From the NCBI GenBank assembly GCA_046732715.1, contig JBKPNQ010000156.1, positions 1,058 through 65,057 on the forward strand: a DNA stretch of 64,000 bases, read 5' to 3'. This DNA is from Acidobacteriota bacterium. GTDB taxonomy: Bacteria; Acidobacteriota; Vicinamibacteria; Vicinamibacterales; 2-12-FULL-66-21. Shown here in pieces: positions 18,136 to 25,469 of this stretch. Position numbers and translations under genes: made by a program. The number at the start of each line of letters is the position of its first letter. The stretch's first letter is position 1. Below the pieces are notes generated by a model. It was not told the DNA's origin, made no database searches, and saw only the letters and a program-made list of their open reading frames with translations.

Positions 18136-19167
18136 ATGATGTTCGGGCCTGTCAGCGACGACCTGCTTCCCGGCGCGCACAACGCCGTCAACACCTGCCT
18201 GGCGATTCGTCGCGGCGAACATGTCGCGCTGGTCGCCGACGAGGCGAGCCGCGCGGTGGCGGCGAGCCTCGAACGGGCGCTGATCGATGCCGGCGCCGAC
18301 GCTCACGGCCTCCTGATCGAATCGGCGGCTTCGCGTCCGATCACATCGGCTCCGCTCGAAGTTCTTCGCGCGTTCGAGAGCGCCGAGGCGGGCATCCTGT
18401 GTGTGCAGCCGCAAGAAGGCGAGCTGCCCGCCCGCATGGCGATCGTCGGTCTGATTGAGCGGCGCCGGATCCGCTACGCGCACATGGTTGGCGTGACGCC
18501 GCAGATCATGCGCGAGGGCATGCGCGCCGACTACCGGCAGGTCGACCGCCTGAGCACACAGTTGTGCGAGCGGATGGAGCGGGCGAGATCGCTGTCCGTT
18601 CGTACCGCGAACGGGACGGACTTCCGGGCCACCTTCGATCCTTCGCTGGCGTGGGTGAAGACGAGCGGATTGATCAACCCGCCCTACTGGTCGAACCTGC
18701 CAGCCGGAGAAGTGTTCACGACACCAGGCTCGGTCGATGGAACGTTCGTCTGCGACGGAACCGCCGGCGATTACTTCAACGCGAAGTACGGCAGCCTCGA
18801 TGAAACCCCGCTGGTGCTGGAGATTCGCGACGGCCGGCTCACGTCGGCGCAGTGTGATCGCTCCGATCTGGAACGTGACTTCTGGAGCTACTGCCATACC
18901 GACGAAAACAGCAATCGCGTCGGCGAGCTCGCGTTCGGCACGAATCTCGGCTTGCGCGAGATGATTGGCATTCTGCTGCAGGACGAGAAAGTGCCGGGTG
19001 TCCATCTGGCGTTTGGCGATCCCTATGGCAGCCAGACCCATGCCGACTGGAAATCGCGCACCCACGTCGATGTCCTCACACGGCACTGCGATGTCTGGAT
19101 CGATGACGAACAGGTCATCGCCGACGGACAGTACCTCCTCGAGAAGTTCGACCTGGTCGCTAGATGA
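18136..19167 (+). CDS. Aminopeptidase, M29 (AmpS/PepS-like) family
   Basis: Start ATG 18136, 13 nt after the previous stop. C-terminal GELAFGTN...VPGVHLAFGDPYG...THVD pattern is typical of M29 thermophilic metalloproteases. Confidence 0.65.
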   Translation: MMFGPVSDDLLPGAHNAVNTCLAIRRGEHVALVADEASRAVAASLERALIDAGADAHGLLIESAASRPITSAPLEVLRAFESAEAGILCVQPQEGELPARMAIVGLIERRRIRYAHMVGVTPQIMREGMRADYRQVDRLSTQLCERMERARSLSVRTANGTDFRATFDPSLAWVKTSGLINPPYWSNLPAGEVFTTPGSVDGTFVCDGTAGDYFNAKYGSLDETPLVLEIRDGRLTSAQCDRSDLERDFWSYCHTDENSNRVGELAFGTNLGLREMIGILLQDEKVPGVHLAFGDPYGSQTHADWKSRTHVDVLTRHCDVWIDDEQVIADGQYLLEKFDLVAR

Positions 19168-19170
19168 TCA

Positions 19171-19313
19171 GGTTCTACTAGGTTCTGCGCGATTCTACTG
19201 GGTTTTGCAAGGTTCGTTCAGGTTCTGCCGGCTCCGCGAGTGACCGCACCTCGCGGAACCTGATGAACGAACCCTGTAGAACCTCGTGGAACCTTGAAGA
19301 ACCCCGTAGAACC
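19171..19313. repeat. Long imperfect palindrome: six GGTTC-type decamers, central 7-bp GC stem, six GAACC-type decamers (10-nt phasing)
   Basis: Left units start at 19171, 19181, 19191, 19201, 19211 and 19221. Centre is CCGCGAG-N9-CTCGCGG (19234-19256). GAACC ends at 19260, 19273, 19283, 19293, 19303 and 19313. Lies between convergent genes. Confidence 0.8.
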
Positions 19314-19317
19314 TTAT

Positions 19318-20046
19318 CTACCAATGTGAGATGTACTCCCGGAGCTGCTCCTTCCAATAAGGCCAGTCGTGGCCTCCGCGCGGGCCCCAGTCATCCAGCG
19401 CATGGCGGATTCCCTGTCTGGCAAGCACGCCTGACATCGCGTACGAATAGCCGCTCTTCTCGTACGGGCCGGTCCCGGTGACCAATCTGATCTCACAGGT
19501 CGATAGCTGGTCGAGGTACCACGGATCGGTCAGGTTGGACATGTAGTCGACCGGGTTCTGAAAGTAGAAATTGTCGTCGTACAACCCGCCCATGAAATCT
19601 CGAAGGTCGAAAATACCCGAGAGCGCGTAGCAGCGCTTCACGAGGTGCGGGTAATGAAACAGCGTGTTGGCCGCATGGTAGGCGCCCAGTGAGGCGCCCA
19701 CGGTCGCGATCGGAATCCCTGGTGTCTGACAGCTCGAGTGCACGTAGGGAATGACTTCGTCCCTGATGTACTCGTCGAACATGCGTTGCCGCCAGCTGCG
19801 GTGAAACGGATGCGCGTGTGTGTTCAGGAACGATTCGTGGTTGTTCGACCCGACGCAGAACACCTTGAGCCGTCCGGCATCGATGAAATCGCCGATCGCG
19901 GCGATGAGGCCGTTCCGCTGGAGCTCCCACTCGTCGCCATGGCTCGTCGGAAATGCGAGCAGCGGTGGGCCCCAATGGCCGAACACCGAGACGCCCATGT
20001 CGTGTTGCAGGCGCGGGGAATACCAATATTGATGAAACGTTTGCAT
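19318..20046 (-). CDS. Esterase family protein (alpha/beta hydrolase)
   Basis: Start ATG 20046 (MQTFHQYWY). Nucleophile elbow GASLGAY. The upstream part of the ORF-track frame runs through the heptamer arrays. Confidence 0.7.
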   Translation of the reverse strand: MQTFHQYWYSPRLQHDMGVSVFGHWGPPLLAFPTSHGDEWELQRNGLIAAIGDFIDAGRLKVFCVGSNNHESFLNTHAHPFHRSWRQRMFDEYIRDEVIPYVHSSCQTPGIPIATVGASLGAYHAANTLFHYPHLVKRCYALSGIFDLRDFMGGLYDDNFYFQNPVDYMSNLTDPWYLDQLSTCEIRLVTGTGPYEKSGYSYAMSGVLARQGIRHALDDWGPRGGHDWPYWKEQLREYISHW

Positions 20047-20050
20047 TCTG

Positions 20051-20127
<77 letters not shown>

Positions 20128-20131
20128 TGCG

Positions 20132-20810
20132 TTACGAGGTGACGAGAACGATCGAGAAGCCGTCGTATCCCTTGGAACTGACGGTTTGAATCGCCGTCGC
20201 ATCCACGCGCGGTTCGGCGGCGGCCATCGTGAAAAACCGTTGCATGCCCTGGACGTTGGGATCTGTTGCCGAAGGATTGGCCACTTCACCCTTCCGGATC
20301 ACGTTGTCCACGACGATGATCGATCCAGCGTGTGACAGCTTGAGTGCCCACGTGAAGTATTGAGGGGTGTTTGGTTTGTCCGCGTCGATGAAGACGAGAT
20401 CGAATGGCGCGATTCCTTCGGTGGCTATCCTGGGCAGGGTGTCGAGAGCAGGTCCCAGCCGTACATCTACCATTCGGTCGAGCCCGGCGCGCGCGACGTT
20501 GGCGCGCGCCAGTTGGGCATGACGCGCATCGGCTTCCAGCGTGATCAGTCGGCCGCCCGGTTTCAGCGCCCGCGCCAGCCAGATGGTGCTGTATCCGCCA
20601 AGCGTGCCAACCTCCAGAATCGCGTGGGCGTTCACGAGCCGGGCCAGCATCTGAAGAAACTTGCCCTGGCTTGGCGCGACGTTGATCGGGGGAAGGCCGG
20701 CGGCATCGCTGCTGTCGAGCGCGGCGGCCAGGGCCGTGTCCGGTTTGACGATCGTGTCCGTGAGATAGCGGTCGACCGTGGCCCACAATTCTTCGGTCAT
20801 GGTTGTCATG
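20132..20810 (-). CDS. Class I SAM-dependent O-methyltransferase (caffeoyl-CoA OMT-like, family 3)
   Basis: Start ATG 20810. LEVGTLGGYS motif I and FDLVFIDADK. Confidence 0.8.
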
Positions 20811-21276
20811 ATTTCCAAATCCCCAGCGACTTGCGGACGAGTATCAGCTGTCCGACGTGATAAGCCGTGTGATCGGCAGCCAGCACGATCTGGCGCATAT
20901 ACGTCTGCCCGCTGCCATGCGGAATCCGGTCCGAGAGATCGATGCTCGTATCGAGCGCCAGCTGTTGCAACGCTTCGCGATCCTTGCGGAACGAATCGAT
21001 AGAGTTGTCCCACTCTGAACCGGACGGAGGCGCCGGCGACGCCGGCCAGTAATCGGTCGGCCAGTCCATCTCTTCGTAATCCTTGTTGCGGCTGAAGTCC
21101 AGGATGTCGTGCTGGGCGATGCGCATGTGCTCGACGAGCTCCCACGGTGAATGGCCTTCGGCACGCTGGCCGCGAAAGTCCTCGGGAATACCCTCTACCG
21201 CCGCGTCGAAGCCAACGTGCGCGTCCTCCCAGGACAGCATTTTCGCCAAGAGTTCACGAACAGCCTGATCGCTCAT
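20806..21276 (-). CDS. DinB family protein (paralogue 2)
   Basis: Start ATG 21276 (MSDQAVREL). WELVEHMRIAQHD and DHTAYHVGQLILV. Its stop overlaps the OMT start. Confidence 0.75.
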   Translation of the reverse strand: MSDQAVRELLAKMLSWEDAHVGFDAAVEGIPEDFRGQRAEGHSPWELVEHMRIAQHDILDFSRNKDYEEMDWPTDYWPASPAPPSGSEWDNSIDSFRKDREALQQLALDTSIDLSDRIPHGSGQTYMRQIVLAADHTAYHVGQLILVRKSLGIWKS

Positions 21277-21335
21277 GAAGTGCTCCCCATATGAACCAGA
21301 TTGGGACCGGGATCCGCGGTCCGGATATATCGTAC

Positions 21336-22145
21336 TTACTTTGGCGGCACCGTGCCCCCGGCCGCAGCGGTCGGCGTTGGCCAGCCGATGAGATACGTGA
21401 GCATGCCGGGTCCGGCGAGAAGCGGGGTGTAGCCCGCCTGCCATGTCATCCTGTCGTTCGCCGGCGCTCCGAGGGCGACCAGCTCATTGGCCGTGTAGGC
21501 GCGAAATTGAGAGACCAGGCCGTCCCAAAGGCAAATCAACGGGACGCACGGGAGCGGGTAGGTGAACAACAACCGCTTCCAGGAGAAGGGCCGCATCCAG
21601 GGCGTGAATACCCAGACGAAGAGTGGCATCAACAGAACCGGCAGGATCGTCTTGAACGTTCGGCGCGACGCTTCGAAGATGGCAATCGGCTGTCGCGCAT
21701 TCGCTGCGTCGAGCAGGATTGCTCGTGCGTCCTCTGGCTTGAAGTGATGAAACGCGTTGAACAGGGTTCGCAGGCCGATCAGCTCACGCGGAACCGCCCT
21801 CGCGTCCACCGGCGTTCGCAGGTAGTCAATGGCGCCGCCTGAAGCCTTGGCCGCGTCTTCGAAGGCGGAAATGTTGGGAAAGAGATCGGTCAACGTGGCG
21901 GTTGCTTTGACGCCCGATTCGGCGAGGTCGGCGATCACCGCTGGCAACGGACCGGAACCTCCCGAACACAGATCGACGATACGCGTCGTCCCCGCAGCGT
22001 CGAGTGTCTGACGGATCAACGGCGTGATCGCGCGATGGAGCGGCAGCGCGGTCTGGATGAAGTGCAGGTAGTCGGTGGCCAGATCGCGAACCGTGACCGG
22101 ACACCAGGCCTGATCTTCAATCTCGAACAGGTGAAGCCTGCGCAA
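21336..22145 (-). CDS. SAM-dependent methyltransferase with hydrophobic C-terminal half
   Basis: Motif I IVDLCSGGSGP. The C-terminal segment ILPVLLMPLFVWVF...LPCVPLICLW is hydrophobic. Confidence 0.6.
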   Translation of the reverse strand: MRRLHLFEIEDQAWCPVTVRDLATDYLHFIQTALPLHRAITPLIRQTLDAAGTTRIVDLCSGGSGPLPAVIADLAESGVKATATLTDLFPNISAFEDAAKASGGAIDYLRTPVDARAVPRELIGLRTLFNAFHHFKPEDARAILLDAANARQPIAIFEASRRTFKTILPVLLMPLFVWVFTPWMRPFSWKRLLFTYPLPCVPLICLWDGLVSQFRAYTANELVALGAPANDRMTWQAGYTPLLAGPGMLTYLIGWPTPTAAAGGTVPPK

Positions 22146-22150
22146 GGCGG

Positions 22151-23851
22151 CTACCTGGTTTTTCCCGGTCCCCAGAGCGCCCGTCCTGGCTTGCGACCGG
22201 TGTGCTCGCCGTCGTTTATTACCTGCGAGCCATTCACGAACACGTGCCGAATCCCGACGGCATACTGGTGCGGATTCTCGAACGTCGCGTGGTCGGCGAT
22301 TTTGGCGGGATCAAAGACCACGACGTCGGCAAACATTCCTTCCTTCAGGAATCCGCGTCGATCGAGCTCCAGGTTCGTGGCCGGCAGCCCACTGAGCTTT
22401 CGGATCGCCTCGGGCATGGTGAGGACCTTGTCGTCGCGCACGTACTTGCCGAGCACGCGTGCAAAGTTCCCGTATGCGCGCGGGTGAGCCGATGACTTGG
22501 TGAACGGCAACTCGGGCGCCATCGACGCCGCATCCGATCCGAATGACACCCACGGCAGGACGATCTCCTTGCGTATGTTCTCCTCCGACATCATGAAATA
22601 CACCGTATCGACGCGCGATCGATCTTCAAGCACGAGGTTCATGATCGTATCGACGGGGTCCTCGCCGCGAAGCTTGGCCGCCTGGGCGAGGGTCTTGCCA
22701 GTAAGCGGCTTCAGCTTGTCCGATTTGAAGCCGACGAGCAGGACCCGGTCAGCAGAGCCCGAAGCGCGGTACAAGTTCTCCCAATCGTCGGATGGCGTCC
22801 GGATTGCTGCCGCGATCTTCTTGCGCATTTCCGGATCCGCGAGTCGCGTATACGCCGCGTCATAGCCACCATCCAGCACCCAGGGCGGCATCGACGCGTC
22901 GAGGCCCGTCGCCCCGGCAGGATACGTGTACATGTCGGCGGTAATCTTCAGGCCGTCCCGCCGCGCGCCTTCGATCTTGGCAATGACCCGATCCATCTTG
23001 GGCCAGTTCGACTGGCCGGCAGCCTTCAGGTGGTAGATTTCCGCCGGAATCCCCGCCTCCCGGCTGATGCGAATCAGTTCGTCAACCGCTTCCAGCAGCC
23101 GATTGCCTTCGCTGCGCATATGCGAGATGTACTTGCCGCGATACTGCGCGGCGACCTTGCATAGCTCGATCAACTCTTCGGTGGATGCGTAAAAGGCCGG
23201 CGCGTAGATGAGCGACGATCCTATGCCGAGCGCACCCGCCTCCATCTCGTCGCGCACCAGCGACCGCATCTCGTCGAGTTGCGCCGGAGTCGGGCGCTTG
23301 TCTTCCAGGCCAACGACGTGCTCGCGGATCGTCGTCGCACCGATAAACGACGCGACGTTCTGGGAGACTCCTTGTTCTTCGAGGTGCTTCAGGTACTCCG
23401 ACAGGCTCGTCCAGGTAATCGAATACTTCAGATCTCCCATCTGCTCGATCGCCCGTCGTTTCATTGCAGGCGTGAGCGGACCCATCGAACTTCCTTCACC
23501 GAAGATCTGGGTGGTGACGCCCTCGCGAAGCTCTCCCTGCGAGCGTCCATCGATCAGCAGCGATTCGGTAGACCAGGACAGCATGTTGATGAAGCCGGGA
23601 GCCACTGCCAGTCCCGTTGCGTCGATAGTCGTCGTCGCCGGAAGGGCAGCGAGGTCGCCGATGCCGGCAATTCGGTCACCTTGGATGCCGACGTCCGCGC
23701 GTCGTCCCGGTGCACCCGTTCCGTCGTGGACGGTTCCGCCGCGGATGACGACGTCAAGCGGAGTCAGTTGAGAGGATGACGTTGATCTCGAGTTGGTCGA
23801 GAAGGCGAGCACACAGACGACAAAAACGAGCAGGATGCGGGAAAGACGCAT
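22151..23851 (-). CDS. N-acyl-D-amino-acid deacylase (D-aminoacylase) family amidohydrolase, paralogue 1
   Basis: Signal peptide. VVIRGGTVHDGTG..IQGDRIAGIG..APGF N-terminus. The usual HxH is replaced by MLSWS. Only 5 nt before the next gene downstream. Confidence 0.8.
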   Translation of the reverse strand: MRLSRILLVFVVCVLAFSTNSRSTSSSQLTPLDVVIRGGTVHDGTGAPGRRADVGIQGDRIAGIGDLAALPATTTIDATGLAVAPGFINMLSWSTESLLIDGRSQGELREGVTTQIFGEGSSMGPLTPAMKRRAIEQMGDLKYSITWTSLSEYLKHLEEQGVSQNVASFIGATTIREHVVGLEDKRPTPAQLDEMRSLVRDEMEAGALGIGSSLIYAPAFYASTEELIELCKVAAQYRGKYISHMRSEGNRLLEAVDELIRISREAGIPAEIYHLKAAGQSNWPKMDRVIAKIEGARRDGLKITADMYTYPAGATGLDASMPPWVLDGGYDAAYTRLADPEMRKKIAAAIRTPSDDWENLYRASGSADRVLLVGFKSDKLKPLTGKTLAQAAKLRGEDPVDTIMNLVLEDRSRVDTVYFMMSEENIRKEIVLPWVSFGSDAASMAPELPFTKSSAHPRAYGNFARVLGKYVRDDKVLTMPEAIRKLSGLPATNLELDRRGFLKEGMFADVVVFDPAKIADHATFENPHQYAVGIRHVFVNGSQVINDGEHTGRKPGRALWGPGKTR

Positions 23852-23866
23852 CCGCGCATTATCTCA

Positions 23867-23959
23867 TCCGAGGGGCTTCGCCCCTCGGACTCCCCGACAC
23901 GCGCACTCGCTCGCCGCTTCGCCGGCTCGCTCCGTTCGCGTGGCTCTCTCGCGCTGCTC
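23867..23959 (-). repeat. REP-like GC-rich element, copy A (second copy at 50141-50229)
   Basis: Hand alignment to copy B gives roughly 80% identity over ~90 nt. Terminal hairpin TCCGAGGGGC-TTC-GCCCCTCGGA at 23867-23889, 15 nt from the D-aminoacylase start codon. Confidence 0.75.
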
Positions 23960-24010
23960 GCTCGCGAGAGACTGAGCCGAACAACAAATGAGAGTGGGAG
24001 CGGATGCTGG

Positions 24011-24176
24011 CTAGTGTCCTGTCCCCGTGGTTCGCAACATAATTCCCGGGCGGGGCATCCCGGCTGGCGGCGATGCTCCTCCCTCAAATACTCCCGGTAT
24101 TCTCGGTCGTCGCGCCTTGCCATCCGGGCGCCGCGCTCCGGGACTTATGCCGCGATCCACGGGGACAGGACACTAG
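24011..24176. mobile_element. MITE-like element: perfect 20-bp terminal inverted repeats flanking 126 bp
   Basis: CTAGTGTCCTGTCCCCGTGG (24011-24030) and CCACGGGGACAGGACACTAG (24157-24176) are exact reverse complements. The interior is also partly palindromic. TA dinucleotides flank the GTGTCC...GGACAC core. Confidence 0.4.
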
Positions 24177-24631
24177 GAACCCACGTCCACGTAGACGGTG
24201 TTCAGCCGATAGTAGAGCACCTCGTTGAACTGACCGTCCGCCACGCGCGGCCATATCGGGACGGTCGTCGTACTCACAACCCGGACCTGGCCGACGACCT
24301 GATCGAGCCAGCCCAGGATTCGGACCTGCTCATCGTTGGTGAGCCGCGTCAAGTCTTCGAGCACCATCGTTGCGGCGCGGCCTCGCGTCGGAAGCTCCAG
24401 CGGCTGTCCGGGCCGCCACTTGAGGACCGGGCCTCGTAGATCGAGGCGCAGCATGTCCAGGACGATCCGTGTCGCTTCGGAACTTCCGACGACGAGAACA
24501 TTCGTGCGAGGCATGACTCCCACCCGGACATCCTTGCGCGGGACCGCGCTGATTCGCCGTTGCTTCCTGAGTTGAGACGACAGAGGGGGGGTGGATGGTC
24601 CGTCGGCGAGGGCATTCGACCGGTTCTCCAT
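24173..24631 (-). CDS. Degenerate sigma54-interaction (AAA+) domain protein, 152 aa
   Basis: Strong SD AAGGAGG before the ATG. Collinear with NtrC-type AAA+ cores (VLVVGSSEAT.. / TMVLEDLTRL / VRVVSTTT / GQFNEVLYYRLN) but lacks the Walker A lysine and the GAFTGA region. Confidence 0.55.
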   Translation of the reverse strand: MENRSNALADGPSTPPLSSQLRKQRRISAVPRKDVRVGVMPRTNVLVVGSSEATRIVLDMLRLDLRGPVLKWRPGQPLELPTRGRAATMVLEDLTRLTNDEQVRILGWLDQVVGQVRVVSTTTVPIWPRVADGQFNEVLYYRLNTVYVDVGS

Positions 24632-24746
24632 GGGGTGCCTCCTTGAGGCGGGGGATACCTGAGATCGCGCCGAATGTACTCACGAAGCATCCGGACCGCT
24701 ATCGGGAGAAGCGAGGGAAAGGACTAGGGAAGATCCCTAGTCAGGG

Positions 24747-24776
24747 GAAAAAGTTAAAAGTCAAAAAGTGAAAAGT
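24747..24776. repeat. Four AAAAGT units at 7-8 nt period, next to a small hairpin CTAGGGA-AGA-TCCCTAG (24724-24740)
   Basis: Read directly. Same word family as 9351-9467 and 40974-41008. Confidence 0.6.
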
Positions 24777-24806
24777 TCAGAGCCAGTTCATGGCGGCAGC
24801 GAATCG

Positions 24807-25469
24807 CTATCGATTTTCCAACCAGCCTTGGAGGACGGCATACTTGACGATATCGATTCGACCCCGTAACTCCAGCTTTCGCATGGCGTTCGCCTTGTGG
24901 GCCTCGACTGTCTTGACGCTCAGTGACAACTGGCCGGCAATTTCCTTGTTGCTGTAGCCGGCCGCAATGAGGCGGAGAACCTCGGCTTCCCGCTCGCTCA
25001 GCGTCGCGGGCGGCTTGCTGGACTTGTCACCGCGGCCAATGAGGCGGGCCGTCATGCGAGGGGTCAGCGTCGAGTCCAAGTACTGGCCGCCGGCGGCCGC
25101 TGCCCGAATCGCCTGCAGCAGCTCGTTTGGCGCGCTTTGCTTCAGCACGTACCCGGAGACACCTGCGCGCAGCAGCTCCTGCACGTACGCATCGTCGCCA
25201 TGCCTGGTCAGGGTGACGATGACCGCTTTGGGTTGCTGTTCTTTCAGTGCGCGCGTGGCGGCCAGGCCGTTCATCCCCGGCATCGAAATGTCCATGACAA
25301 TGACGTCAGGCTTGATGGCGAGCGCGTTCTGCATTGCTGTTTTTCCGTCGCTCGCTTCCGATACGACCGTCATGTCGGGCTGACTGTCGATCAGCAGCTT
25401 CAAACCGTGACGCACGGTGACGTGATCGTCGGCCAGCAGTACGCGAAGAGGTCCTGTGCGTTCGGTCAT
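24807..25469 (-). CDS. Response regulator, NarL/FixJ (LuxR-type HTH) family
   Basis: Receiver domain with LLADDH...VIVMDISMPGMNG. C-terminal LSEREAEVLRLIAAGYSNKEIA HTH. Confidence 0.9.
   Translation of the reverse strand: MTERTGPLRVLLADDHVTVRHGLKLLIDSQPDMTVVSEASDGKTAMQNALAIKPDVIVMDISMPGMNGLAATRALKEQQPKAVIVTLTRHGDDAYVQELLRAGVSGYVLKQSAPNELLQAIRAAAAGGQYLDSTLTPRMTARLIGRGDKSSKPPATLSEREAEVLRLIAAGYSNKEIAGQLSLSVKTVEAHKANAMRKLELRGRIDIVKYAVLQGWLENR

Noticed and set aside
23793-23975. Short ORFs inside the REP-like copies (…RGFAPRTP…, also 50030-50236 and 49962-50294)
   Set aside because: The similar peptides arise because the same GC-rich repeat is being translated. The elements are intergenic and hairpin-forming, which does not look like coding sequence.
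24014-24439. 141-aa plus-strand ORF spanning the MITE-like element and the antisense strand of the sigma54-like gene
   Set aside because: It starts inside the inverted repeat, has no motifs, and overlaps a minus-strand gene that has a strong SD.
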